A stretch of 36,983 bases of DNA from a virus. The notes below the pieces were generated by a model that ran no database searches, was not told where the DNA came from, and saw nothing but the letters and a program-made list of their open reading frames with translations. The stretch lies in IMG/VR virus record IMGVR_UViG_3300011758_000001, positions 1 through 36,983 of that record; one strand, given 5' to 3'. Below are positions 1 through 7,491 of this stretch, piece after piece. The first letter of the stretch is position 1. Each line of letters begins with the position of its first letter. The position numbers and the translations under genes were made by a program.

Positions 1-113
1 AAATCCACCGCCGACAGCTTCCTCAAACGCATTGTCATACGCTTCTTCTGCTGATGAGTCCTGCTCGTCTGCCCGGTAAAGCTTTGCACAGGTATCAGCC
101 AGATCATCGCTTG
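1..113. repeat. Terminal direct repeat copy 1 (identical to 36871-36983), most likely a circular-assembly overlap
   Basis: Base-by-base comparison: 1-113 equals 36871-36983 exactly (aaatccaccgccgacagctt...agatcatcgcttg). Confidence 0.97.
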
Positions 114-390
114 CTGAACCATCTTTGCTAATGAAGTTCACGCCAATGCGGTTGTTTCGATACTCATTAATAATGCGAATAACAGCCAAGTGAATCTTGT
201 TGACTTCAAATTTAGGCTTATTTTCAAACTGCTCGCCGAGCTTGCCCTCCCACTGTGCACCTGCAATAGAATAAAAACGACGATCTTCCAAGCACTGTTT
301 ACGCTCATTAGCTACAGCGCATTGGGCTTTGTCGAATTGTTGCTTTGCGAGTGAATGGATGTGGGCAAGTTGTTTTTTTTCATCAGTCAC
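1..390 (-). CDS. Portal protein (P22 gp1-like), N-terminal 130 codons; continues at 36870 across the circular junction
   Basis: GTG start at 390 with GGAG 7 nt upstream, 18 nt after the terminase stop. My translation is VTDEKKQLAHIHSLAKQQFDKAQCAVANERKQCLEDRRFYSIAGAQWEG...EEAVGGGF. The frame is continuous with 36870 downward (GAWRLRATYEDEDDEEN...), with no stop codon. Confidence 0.85.
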   Translation of the reverse strand, partial: MTDEKKQLAHIHSLAKQQFDKAQCAVANERKQCLEDRRFYSIAGAQWEGKLGEQFENKPKFEVNKIHLAVIRIINEYRNNRIGVNFISKDGSASDDLADTCAKLYRADEQDSSAEEAYDNAFEEAVGGGF

Positions 391-407
391 AACTTGACTC
401 CATTTGA

Positions 408-1688
408 TTACCAACGATTGATGGTTGGGATTGGGTTAATTTCTATTTGCTGTGGCTGGCACATTTTATTGATATTGATTGCACCCTCACCAAATGCGTC
501 TGAGCTATGCGAAGCCCAGTCATGCACTGGTGTTGCTTTAAATTGCTCTAATTTGTCGTTAAATTCACGACGATAGTTTTGCAATGCGCGAATACCGTGT
601 TTACAGTTTTCAGCATCAAACCAACAGTTTTTCAAGAATTGCCGTGTTGCTTCGATACGATCTTCAACACCAAGCCTTGCGCCCTTATTCATTCGATAGC
701 CAAGATTAGCCATTGTTTGCTCACGACTCACGCCACTTGATAAATCACGTGCTGCAATATCATGCGGTGCAAAATGTTTGTCGTACTGATAACCATACTG
801 CTGCTTTTTCTCATCGAGAATGCGAGCGTAATGCGCCAATGGCTCATTGTTCGCTTCATAATGATCTATTGCTCGGACTTCTTTGCCGTAAATCTGAAAA
901 AACCAAATTGCTGTAGGGTCAAGGATTCCTAAATCCCATGATGTGTAAACAGGCAAATTGGGATCATGCGGAACTCTGCAAATACGGTTTTCACGCTTGA
1001 TTAATTCAAATTCAGCCTTGTAGATAGCACCATCTGCAATTTCTTTTGGTCTGCCTAGATAGATATGCTCATATTCATCGTAATCGGTATCACGCATTTG
1101 CTCGGCCAGTGTGATCAAGTCAGGTGGACAATGCTTGTTCTCGTTATAGTTGATCTGGATCGCTATCGTGTCTGCACGCTCAGGCACCACATAATCAGCA
1201 TAAACCGCATCGCTTGGCAGTTTGGGGTTCATGGACATGATAATCATGCAGTTTGGTGTACGAACAACGGTGGGAATCAAAATCTTTAATGAATAAGCAC
1301 TTACTGTTTGCGCCTCTTCAATCCATGTAATCGTTGCCCCTTCAAACGACTTAACCGAATCAACCGTGTGGCTTTGCAGGCCGGAGAACGAAAACTCGGT
1401 GCCATTAATGCCGCGAATCTCTGTATCAAGAATTTGATAGAAAGGTCCCAGACCTAATGTTTCAATGCGATCTGACAAAAGCTTGTGCACAGATTGCTTG
1501 ATTGATTTTTGAATCTCACGACAGCACAAAATGCGGTGCTTTTTCTTTGCACCTTCAATCAGTAGAAAGTCTGCAATTTCCCATGATTTACCACCACCAC
1601 GGCCACCATGAAAAACATAGAACAACTTACTATTGGTCATGTGTGTGTAAAGGCACTTAAACTTACTTGGTACTCGCTTCTCCATCAT
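408..1688 (-). CDS. terL: Terminase large subunit (PBSX-type)
   Basis: 426 aa. Walker A FHGGRGGGKSW follows the PSKFKCLY N-terminus typical of PBSX-family TerL. AAGGTGG precedes the ATGATG start. Lies directly downstream of the small terminase. Confidence 0.9.
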   Translation of the reverse strand: MMEKRVPSKFKCLYTHMTNSKLFYVFHGGRGGGKSWEIADFLLIEGAKKKHRILCCREIQKSIKQSVHKLLSDRIETLGLGPFYQILDTEIRGINGTEFSFSGLQSHTVDSVKSFEGATITWIEEAQTVSAYSLKILIPTVVRTPNCMIIMSMNPKLPSDAVYADYVVPERADTIAIQINYNENKHCPPDLITLAEQMRDTDYDEYEHIYLGRPKEIADGAIYKAEFELIKRENRICRVPHDPNLPVYTSWDLGILDPTAIWFFQIYGKEVRAIDHYEANNEPLAHYARILDEKKQQYGYQYDKHFAPHDIAARDLSSGVSREQTMANLGYRMNKGARLGVEDRIEATRQFLKNCWFDAENCKHGIRALQNYRREFNDKLEQFKATPVHDWASHSSDAFGEGAININKMCQPQQIEINPIPTINRW

Positions 1689-2145
1689 CTTCGAATACCA
1701 CCTTTAAACTTAAATCAATTGGACCACCATCTTTACCAGTGTGCTCAATCTTGTCTTTAAACATACCCAGATGCTTACCGAGCAACTCGAGACCCTTTAG
1801 CGCCCCTGTTTCTTTAAACTCAAATAAGCAAGCCAAGTCGCCTTCGGGGCCTTCAACTAAAAGCGGTGCGCCATCTCTAGCTCTTACGGCTTCTTGCTGC
1901 ATGCATCGTTCCACAACCTTTTGAATATTGCTTAAAACGTACTCCTGCGTGATTCCTGTGCGCTCAGACAGTTTGGCTTGTGCTTCTTCAATCGCTTTTG
2001 CAATGTCAGGTTTAGTCAGGTTTTCTTGCCCAATTGATTTGGCTGTCCTTTCTGAATACCCTGCTCGAATAGCCGCTTGTGTAGCATTTAGGTCTATCAG
2101 ATATTCTTCGACAAACCGCTGCTGTTTAGGCGTTAGGTTCGCCAT
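1663..2145 (-). CDS. terS: Terminase small subunit (Terminase_2-like)
   Basis: N-terminus MANLTPKQQRFVEEYLIDLNATQAAIRAGYSERTAKS is the classic small-terminase HTH. GGAG lies 7 nt upstream. Overlaps terL by 26 nt. Confidence 0.9.
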   Translation of the reverse strand: MANLTPKQQRFVEEYLIDLNATQAAIRAGYSERTAKSIGQENLTKPDIAKAIEEAQAKLSERTGITQEYVLSNIQKVVERCMQQEAVRARDGAPLLVEGPEGDLACLFEFKETGALKGLELLGKHLGMFKDKIEHTGKDGGPIDLSLKVVFEDDGEASTK

Positions 2146-2149
2146 ATCT

Positions 2150-2674
2150 TTACTCCATTTTTAAATACATCAAATCGTCTGGCATTGTTAAGTGCACACC
2201 AAGTTTCACGGATGCAAATGCAACAATGTAGTCACAAAACTCTGAGAACTGCTTCTTATTCGCCTTACTAGACTTCACATGGTCCTGAATAAACATTCTG
2301 ACCACACGATTGTATTTAGCTGTGTGAATAAGCTTCTCTTGACCATCGAGCAATCGCAATACATCTCGATAACCAATTACAGCCTCAAACGCTTCCAGTG
2401 CATCCGGGTTATCCCTGATATAGATTTTTGCTAGAAACTTTTTCTTCATTTCATATTTGATCTTTTCAGGCTCATCACCTGTGAATCTAGCAATTTGACC
2501 AAACCACATATGAAGTAATCTATTTTGCGCCTTGCTTCGGTCTTCCTGCTTCCGATCAATCACCACCCTTAAAGGCTTACCCTCATTAATCGCCTGGGTG
2601 TAATTGGTATGCATGTAGTTAATGGCTTTGGTGATGTCCGCATGTGATTGGATAGGAAACACGGCTTTTTGCAT
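2150..2674 (-). CDS. NinB/Orf-like recombination mediator (tentative)
   Basis: 174 aa. LRVVIDRKQEDRSKAQNRLLHMWFGQIARF resembles the lambda NinB core (V.I..R.RS.DQN..LW). Strong RBS AAGGAGGG 7 nt upstream. Confidence 0.55.
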   Translation of the reverse strand: MQKAVFPIQSHADITKAINYMHTNYTQAINEGKPLRVVIDRKQEDRSKAQNRLLHMWFGQIARFTGDEPEKIKYEMKKKFLAKIYIRDNPDALEAFEAVIGYRDVLRLLDGQEKLIHTAKYNRVVRMFIQDHVKSSKANKKQFSEFCDYIVAFASVKLGVHLTMPDDLMYLKME

Positions 2675-2693
2675 TTCCTATCCCTCCTTTGAG

Positions 2694-3083
2694 TTATTGC
2701 GCTTGATACAGCTTTTCTTTCAGCAAGTAACCTTCAAGCTGCCAGATTTTATTACGTGCATTTTCGTACGCAATCTTCTGACCAATTTCAGCATTGAAGT
2801 TTTCAGGACTTGCACATGCTGATTCACCTGTAACCGTGAAACCGTTTTTCAAAACAATTACGCAGAAGGTTAATAGGTCAAGCTGCTGTGGTGGATTGAT
2901 GAATCGCTCACCTTCAGGCAGTGAGTTAAATTCTTCAGAAGATGCGAGCGCACCTGCATAACCATCACCAGCGGTAAAGTAATGAACACTTTGAATAACT
3001 GAATCAATATGATCTGGTGTTAAGCGTGGTGCATTTAAGCCTTTGTCTTGAATTTCTTGTTCAATCTGCTTTTCGTTTGACAT
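2694..3083 (-). CDS. N4 gp49 / Sf6 gp66 family protein
   Basis: LLTFCVIVLKNGFTVTGESACASPENFNAEIGQKIAYENARNKIWQLEGYLLKE matches the family signature. I prefer the ATG at 3083 (MSNEKQ), because the longer track start lies inside a hairpin. Confidence 0.75.
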   Translation of the reverse strand: MSNEKQIEQEIQDKGLNAPRLTPDHIDSVIQSVHYFTAGDGYAGALASSEEFNSLPEGERFINPPQQLDLLTFCVIVLKNGFTVTGESACASPENFNAEIGQKIAYENARNKIWQLEGYLLKEKLYQAQ

Positions 3084-3096
3084 TTTCTTCTCACAT

Positions 3097-3117
3097 AAAA
3101 AAAGAGCCACATGGCTC
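3097..3117 (-). terminator. Weak intrinsic terminator between the YbcO-like and gp49-like genes
   Basis: On the minus strand, gagcc-atgt-ggctc (3104-3117) is followed by seven T residues (3097-3103). The stem is only 5 bp. Confidence 0.45.
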
Positions 3118-3119
3118 AG

Positions 3120-3395
3120 TTAAAAAATCTCTTTGTCTGTTTGATTCAACATCCGATTTACTCTCACTAACCACTGATCAAACATCGCTTCACTCTCTGC
3201 CCGATTACCCAATTGAAAGGTATCGAATTGATGGTGGCATGAGTGGCACAGGCAAACAGTGAACTGGTCAGAAGCCTTAATCGATCTGCCCTTACCATGC
3301 TTGGCACTATTTGAATGAGCAGCCTGGCTATGTGGATTACCGCACCTCACGCAAGGTAGTGTGCGTATTGCTGCGAGCCTTTTGGGGTTGCGCAT
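3120..3395 (-). CDS. YbcO/DUF1364-like zinc-binding putative nuclease
   Basis: 91 aa. LPCVRCGNPHSQAAHSNSAKHGKGRSIKASDQFTVCLCHSCHHQFD matches the C..C...AH...G.G.K..D...C..CH..D pattern of prophage YbcO proteins. Confidence 0.6.
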   Translation of the reverse strand: MRNPKRLAAIRTLPCVRCGNPHSQAAHSNSAKHGKGRSIKASDQFTVCLCHSCHHQFDTFQLGNRAESEAMFDQWLVRVNRMLNQTDKEIF

Positions 3396-3558
3396 TTAAT
3401 TGCTCTTCTATGCCTGCAATCTGTTTGTTTACTTTGCGGAGTTCAGCACCACACATTTCTTTAAATGCATAGCTTGAATACAGATGGTTGTAATTCATTA
3501 ATCGACTGCGGTTCTTTTCAAGTACTTCTAAATTCCGTTTTGCTTCTATTGTGTCCAT
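3337..3558 (-). CDS. Hypothetical protein
   Basis: ATG at 3558 (MDTIEAK) is preceded by GGTGGTGA. Its 3' end overlaps the next ORF by 59 nt. Confidence 0.5.
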   Translation of the reverse strand: MDTIEAKRNLEVLEKNRSRLMNYNHLYSSYAFKEMCGAELRKVNKQIAGIEEQLNAQPQKARSNTHTTLREVR

Positions 3559-3575
3559 GATCACCACCAATAAAA

Positions 3576-3764
3576 TCAACTCACAGGCTTTAGTATGTGC
3601 TCTGGTATTGTTGAGAACTTTACTTTTGAATCATCGCCATAAATATCGAGATCCATGCTTACGGTTATAAACTTCACACCTAGTTTGTCTTGGGTCCGTT
3701 TCACTGCTCGAACCAACTCGACCTGCAACTCTTGTGCAATAACCTCATCACTATAATGAGTCAT
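3576..3764 (-). CDS. Hypothetical protein (first ORF after the Q-proximal terminators)
   Basis: 62-aa ORF. ATG at 3764 is preceded by GGTGGTGG. Confidence 0.55.
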   Translation of the reverse strand: MTHYSDEVIAQELQVELVRAVKRTQDKLGVKFITVSMDLDIYGDDSKVKFSTIPEHILKPVS

Positions 3765-3780
3765 AAACCACCACCAATAA

Positions 3781-3817
3781 GAAAAGAAAAACCCCTCAAC
3801 ATCTAGAATGCGAGGGG
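3781..3817 (-). terminator. Intrinsic terminator immediately upstream of ORF 3576-3764
   Basis: The minus strand reads cccctc-gcattctagatgtt-gagggg followed by tttttcttttc. The GC stem is 3792-3797 paired with 3812-3817. Confidence 0.75.
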
Positions 3818-3912
3818 CTTTGTTTGCCGTAATATGTTCGAAAAAATAATACTTTGTTAATGTAATGTTAACAATATCACTTTAAAGTTAATTCAATTAT
3901 TACTTTAATGCG

Positions 3913-4101
3913 ATGCAAGTCATGAAATACATTTTTTTACTGGTGCTCTCTGTATTATTACTTGCTGCAGGTGTTATTGCTTTTGGATTTGGGTTTTATA
4001 CCGGGGATGCATTTTTCATAGTAATTGGAGTATTGCTACTTGTAGCCTCGACTTTAGCTTACCTTGAAGCAAAGAAAATAAAACACGATCCATTCTCATG
4101 A
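3913..4101 (+). CDS. Small two-TM membrane protein (62 aa; moron candidate)
   Basis: MQVMKYIFLLVLSVLLLAAGVIAFGFGFYTGDAFFIVIGVLLLVASTLAYLEAKKIKHDPFS has two clean hydrophobic helices and a charged tail. No Shine-Dalgarno sequence and no convincing promoter or terminator were found. The ORF is antisense to the late-transcription direction. Confidence 0.35.
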   Translation: MQVMKYIFLLVLSVLLLAAGVIAFGFGFYTGDAFFIVIGVLLLVASTLAYLEAKKIKHDPFS

Positions 4102-4221
4102 GTGATCCTGCTTCACTTCTTTCAAACAATCCCGACACACCTTGATTTCTTCATCATCAATCGTGTAATCGATCTCAGTCGCACCGTGTAGGCCGAATAA
4201 GCACATCAGTAATCTAAGCAT
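4096..4221 (-). CDS. Small ORF, 41 aa (below the track cutoff)
   Basis: My translation is MLRLLMCLFGLHGATEIDYTIDDEEIKVCRDCLKEVKQDHS. ATG at 4219-4221 with AGGAG (4229-4233) 7 nt upstream. The 3' end overlaps the convergent 62-aa ORF by 6 bp. Confidence 0.4.
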   Translation of the reverse strand: MLRLLMCLFGLHGATEIDYTIDDEEIKVCRDCLKEVKQDHS

Positions 4222-4452
4222 GATTTTACTCCTGGACAATCAAGCAATCATGTCGCAAGAAATGTCAGTTACTTTTACTTATAAAACATAAATTTATGAT
4301 ATTTATTTCCAAAATAATGTCATTAATTTTGTCGAACTAAGCAAGATTCCTTCCTGGTTAATCAAGCAATGATCAAGCATTTTAATTTGGTGTAATTTCA
4401 TCTAATTAGAATCTGGTGCCCTGATATTGCTTACACCAACATTTCTCAGGGC

Positions 4453-4480
4453 ATTAAAAAAGCCCACCTTTCGATGAGCT
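4453..4480 (-). terminator. Strand-specific intrinsic terminator about 60 nt downstream of the candidate late promoter (tR'-like)
   Basis: The minus strand reads agctcatc-gaaa-ggtgggct then tttttaat. The 8-bp stem includes two G-U pairs, which become A-C mismatches on the plus strand. Confidence 0.75.
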
Positions 4481-4512
4481 TTAATCGCTAGTGTACCCGA
4501 CTACTCAAGCGC

Positions 4513-4552
4513 ACTATACCTGAAATATGCCATATCGTGGCATGCCAGTCAA
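4513..4552 (-). promoter_or_regulatory. Candidate late promoter (PR'-like) with a -10-like element in the initially transcribed region
   Basis: On the minus strand: TTGACT (4552-4547), a 17-nt spacer, CATATT (4529-4524), tcagg, then TATAGT (4518-4513). The spacer contains a TGGCAT direct repeat. It starts 4 nt after the stop of the Q-like gene. Confidence 0.5.
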
Positions 4553-4555
4553 ATA

Positions 4556-4996
4556 CTATTCAATTCTTAATCGCTTGTCGTGCCCAGCCAAATAAAACTT
4601 ACCCGCATAAATCATATTTCGCAGAACATTTCGACCCAATTTGAATTCTTCTTCCATTTTACGGTCAGACAATCCACGCACATTACGCTCTACAAATAAT
4701 TGCACCGCACGCTTACCAGACTCACAAACCGAACTCGACTTATTAAAATCAACAATCAATTTCCGCACCTGTTCAGCCTCAAAATCATTAATCTGGCAGA
4801 TAACCTGATCTTTACGTGGTGCTGCCCCTTTGTTATTTTCAAGAATCAGCCAGTAAATCTGATTTACCCCAAGTGAGTCTGGTTGATTTCCTGACTTCAT
4901 GCGAGAAATCTGGATGTATGCCCCATACTGCTTAAGCCAATCTTCAATACTAAAACGATCCCAATTCATCACTTCTGCCTTAACCATCGCATTCAT
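4556..4996 (-). CDS. Late-gene antiterminator, phage-82 Q-like (tentative)
   Basis: 146 aa. The layout resembles QuuD/Q82-type proteins: W..YG near the N-terminus, VICQINDFEAEQV versus C.DDDAM.I, and a C-terminal LGRNVLRNMIYAGKFYLAG. Its position, immediately upstream of a promoter plus terminator pair, fits the role. Confidence 0.5.
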   Translation of the reverse strand: MNAMVKAEVMNWDRFSIEDWLKQYGAYIQISRMKSGNQPDSLGVNQIYWLILENNKGAAPRKDQVICQINDFEAEQVRKLIVDFNKSSSVCESGKRAVQLFVERNVRGLSDRKMEEEFKLGRNVLRNMIYAGKFYLAGHDKRLRIE

Positions 4997-5007
4997 CCCT
5001 ATTCCCC

Positions 5008-5352
5008 TTAAATCTCTTTAATCTCGATACCGTGTACTGACTTCATCAAATGTTTCTTTAAGCGATAAACTGGCAAATTCCGCGTCATTGCGCTTTTGAC
5101 ATCTTCAACGACCAGTTGCCCATTTTCCTGATAAACAAAATCTGCGACATACTTCACTGCTGGCTTGCGTCTTGGCTCACTCTCAAACTTGACCGACTCA
5201 GCCAAAATGAAAGCCTTTTGTAGTTCCAGATCCTTAATCTCCCCTGCACGCTCTAACAGTGACAAATCCCGATAGCGTCTTGCTTCTTTCTGACTATCGA
5301 AAGTGATGCCGTTAAGCACCACCTTCTTGTTGTTGTATTTAGTCACTGGCAC
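5008..5352 (-). CDS. DUF1064 family protein (putative Holliday-junction resolvase-like nuclease)
   Basis: KYNNKKVVLNGITFDSQKEARRYRDLSLLERAGEIKDLELQKAF...VKYVADFVY...VEDVK is the DUF1064 signature. Starts with GTG. Confidence 0.75.
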   Translation of the reverse strand: MPVTKYNNKKVVLNGITFDSQKEARRYRDLSLLERAGEIKDLELQKAFILAESVKFESEPRRKPAVKYVADFVYQENGQLVVEDVKSAMTRNLPVYRLKKHLMKSVHGIEIKEI

Positions 5353-5485
5353 CTCGCCACATCATCGAAGCAAAGCAAGCCATGAAAATAAGCATCAATA
5401 CACCCAAAACAGTCGTCTTAAACTCCGCAAAAAGAATCACATCGCAAATCAGAAGCACTGCGGTTTCTTGTTGGAATTTACTCAT
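5339..5485 (-). CDS. Small hydrophobic protein, 48 aa (below the track cutoff)
   Basis: My translation is MSKFQQETAVLLICDVILFAEFKTTVLGVLMLIFMACFASMMWRGASD. An ATGA start/stop overlap joins it to the upstream ORF, and its end overlaps the DUF1064 start. Confidence 0.5.
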   Translation of the reverse strand: MSKFQQETAVLLICDVILFAEFKTTVLGVLMLIFMACFASMMWRGASD

Positions 5486-5850
5486 GACTCACCTCGCAGA
5501 ACCTTCTTAGCCATCCAATACGCTTCCTCAAATGCATTACTTGCACCCTGATCAAGCATGTCCGCTTTTTCTTTCCACAAGCCCCAGCGGTTAGCGCTTT
5601 CACCATCCAGATATTTAAGAACTTCATCGGCCTTCTTTTGAAATTCCTCACACTCCTTCTTCTTCTCGATATAACACCGCTCCATGTTGTTGAGCTGTGA
5701 GCGAAGGTCGTCAATGATGGCTTGTTGGTGCTGCCATACTTCAAATTGATCTGGATACAACTCCTCCATAGCTAGATTTGAATACATGGTGGACAGCACA
5801 GCATAATCTTCTGGGTATTTGTTTTTTATGTATTCTTCAAACTCACTCAT
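5482..5850 (-). CDS. Hypothetical protein
   Basis: ATG at 5850 (MSEFEEY) with AAGGTGA 6 nt upstream. The track start at 5856 is TTG. Confidence 0.65.
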   Translation of the reverse strand: MSEFEEYIKNKYPEDYAVLSTMYSNLAMEELYPDQFEVWQHQQAIIDDLRSQLNNMERCYIEKKKECEEFQKKADEVLKYLDGESANRWGLWKEKADMLDQGASNAFEEAYWMAKKVLRGES

Positions 5851-6268
5851 GCTCAATCACCTTCGTATTCGGGCTGATGTGGTTTTTGATGTCCGTGCAA
5901 TGGTCCGTAATATCTCGCACCATCTGCACAACCTTGGAGTTATCACCCACAAACATTGCACCGCCTTCAATTTTTTCTTGACTCAGCTCTGCATAAGCTG
6001 CCAATTCTTCTGCTTCACTTCGGCCGTAATAGTGGTGATCAATTTCAGATTTAAGGTCTGACAATGCGATGTGATTGTGTTCGGCAAAGTCGTAATACCA
6101 CTCTTTATTAATCGTGTTGAACCACTCCCATTGCGTCTTCATTTTCAACACGCCTTCACGCGCATAGTGCCCACCAAGGATATTCATGTTGTAGTGGGTT
6201 GCTGTTTTCGGCGCCCCATCCGCAATCTGCTTACACTTCTCTAACCCTAGCTTTTCGATTAAGTTCAT
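5843..6268 (-). CDS. Hypothetical protein
   Basis: 141-aa ORF with an ATGA overlap to the upstream gene. Confidence 0.65.
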   Translation of the reverse strand: MNLIEKLGLEKCKQIADGAPKTATHYNMNILGGHYAREGVLKMKTQWEWFNTINKEWYYDFAEHNHIALSDLKSEIDHHYYGRSEAEELAAYAELSQEKIEGGAMFVGDNSKVVQMVRDITDHCTDIKNHISPNTKVIEHE

Positions 6269-7491
6269 GCTGCTGCTCCTTGCAATTGCGCCTTAAACTC
6301 TAAAAATTTTTCATAGTAATCATCTGGCATTGGTGCATTGCCCAACCCATAGTTCGATGCTGTTGTGATTGACACACCAAGGAAATTCGCCAATGCGGTA
6401 ATACGTCCATTTCTGCTACCACTTCGGAAAAATGCGCGAAGCTCTAAAGTGCGCGGGTCATTTGCAAGCTCAGCCAGATTTCTCTCCCGGTTTCTTTGAG
6501 CAATCACGGCCGCACACGCCTTGCATTTGAAAGTGTTATTGGTATTCACGCGGAATGAAGTTTCCCCGTGGCTCTTACAGATACCAGTGAATGATTTTTC
6601 ACCCGCAGCGGCCGCAGCCAACATGCGCTTTCTGTTTTCTGATACAGCAGGCTGGTATCCATCAACTCGTTTCTTCTGAGTTCTTTTCTTAGCAGCCTTT
6701 CCACATGAAACACAGGCAGATACTTTGCAATTTGCGTAAATGCGGAAAATCGTCTCTTTGCCTTCCTTGTGACAGAATCCAATAAACTTGCGGTGGCCTT
6801 TTTCCATGGCTATTTTTTTCGCCTCATGGTTGCGCAGCCAAACCTCTCGCTTATGTGAGATTTCCTTTTGAGCAACCCTGCTTTCAGTTCGAGTTAAGTG
6901 CGTACCGTACTGGAACTCTGGCAAGATTTTCTCAAGCAACTCCAGACGCTTTGCACTCATTGCGCGAGATCCGCTTGCTAGTAAGCACAAACCATCACTC
7001 TTATAGCCCAACATTTTCGCAAGTGCCTGACTATCACCGACACACGCCTTAAGTCTAAAATCAGCCAGCAACTCCATTTGACGCGCTACAAGTTGCTTGC
7101 GTGATAACTGCTCTTTAACTTCCTGCAAAGCTTTTTGCTTTTTCTGGATTATCGCACCCGCTGCACGCGCTTCAGCCCGGGCTTGTCTTTGAATTTCACG
7201 CTCACGTCGTTTTGCTTCCAGCTCCTTTTGACGTTTAGCCCGTTCCGCTTCTTTTTGACGCTTGGCTATCGCTTTAGATTGACGTGCCTCATTGTTGGTT
7301 TTTTCAATCTTGGCATTGCGTTCAGCTTCAGATTTCACAACCTTGCTTCGATCCAGTGGAATATTCCCATCTTTGAAATGAGTGAAGCCTATCGGTAGCT
7401 CGGTTGGCTTGTTGCTTTCCAACCACTGACTAATATCCCAATCCGAGCGATCTTTAATTCGAGTCGAAACCACTTCTTTTTCAAAAATCAT
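6265..7491 (-). CDS. Hypothetical protein with a basic coiled coil and duplicated Cys-rich and HTH-like modules
   Basis: ATG at 7491 forms an ATGA overlap with the dam stop. Contains a Lys/Arg/Glu-rich coiled coil (KRQKEAERAKRQKELEAKRREREIQRQARAEARA). Two related Cys motifs are present: KFIGFCHKEGKETIFRIYANCKVSACVSCGKAA and SFTGICKSHGETSFRVNTNNTFKCKACAAVIA. Two HTH-like segments are present: ALAKMLGYKSDGLCLLASGSRAMS and ALANFLGVSITTASNYGLG. Confidence 0.7.
   Translation of the reverse strand: MIFEKEVVSTRIKDRSDWDISQWLESNKPTELPIGFTHFKDGNIPLDRSKVVKSEAERNAKIEKTNNEARQSKAIAKRQKEAERAKRQKELEAKRREREIQRQARAEARAAGAIIQKKQKALQEVKEQLSRKQLVARQMELLADFRLKACVGDSQALAKMLGYKSDGLCLLASGSRAMSAKRLELLEKILPEFQYGTHLTRTESRVAQKEISHKREVWLRNHEAKKIAMEKGHRKFIGFCHKEGKETIFRIYANCKVSACVSCGKAAKKRTQKKRVDGYQPAVSENRKRMLAAAAAGEKSFTGICKSHGETSFRVNTNNTFKCKACAAVIAQRNRERNLAELANDPRTLELRAFFRSGSRNGRITALANFLGVSITTASNYGLGNAPMPDDYYEKFLEFKAQLQGAAA

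Noticed and set aside
355-576. Plus-strand track ORFs antisense to terminase, portal, ejection, coat and tailspike genes (for example 355-576, 1667-1924, 21758-22033, 22535-22900, 32558-32860, 33083-33382)
   Set aside because: All lie entirely inside well-supported minus-strand genes. None has an RBS or recognisable motifs, and their composition (Ser/Leu/Cys/Phe-rich) is typical of antisense frames.
3337-3395. 59-nt overlap between ORF 3337-3558 and the YbcO-like ORF, considered as a programmed frameshift site
   Set aside because: No X XXY YYZ slippery heptamer lies in the correct frame, no downstream structure is present, and the YbcO-like ORF has its own ATG. A simple overlap is more likely.
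4380-4560. Possible tRNA or other structured RNA gene downstream of the Q-like gene
   Set aside because: No cloverleaf could be drawn, and no T-loop GTTCRANYC or acceptor/CCA context is present. The hairpins are better read as a leader terminator plus an auxiliary stem.
5478-5744. 88-aa minus-strand ORF overlapping 5482-5850 in another frame; likewise 6546-6782, 34601-34873, 34964-35188, 35949-36233 and 36405-36695
   Set aside because: These are alternative frames nested in longer, better-supported ORFs. Their basic, low-complexity translations and missing RBS argue against them.
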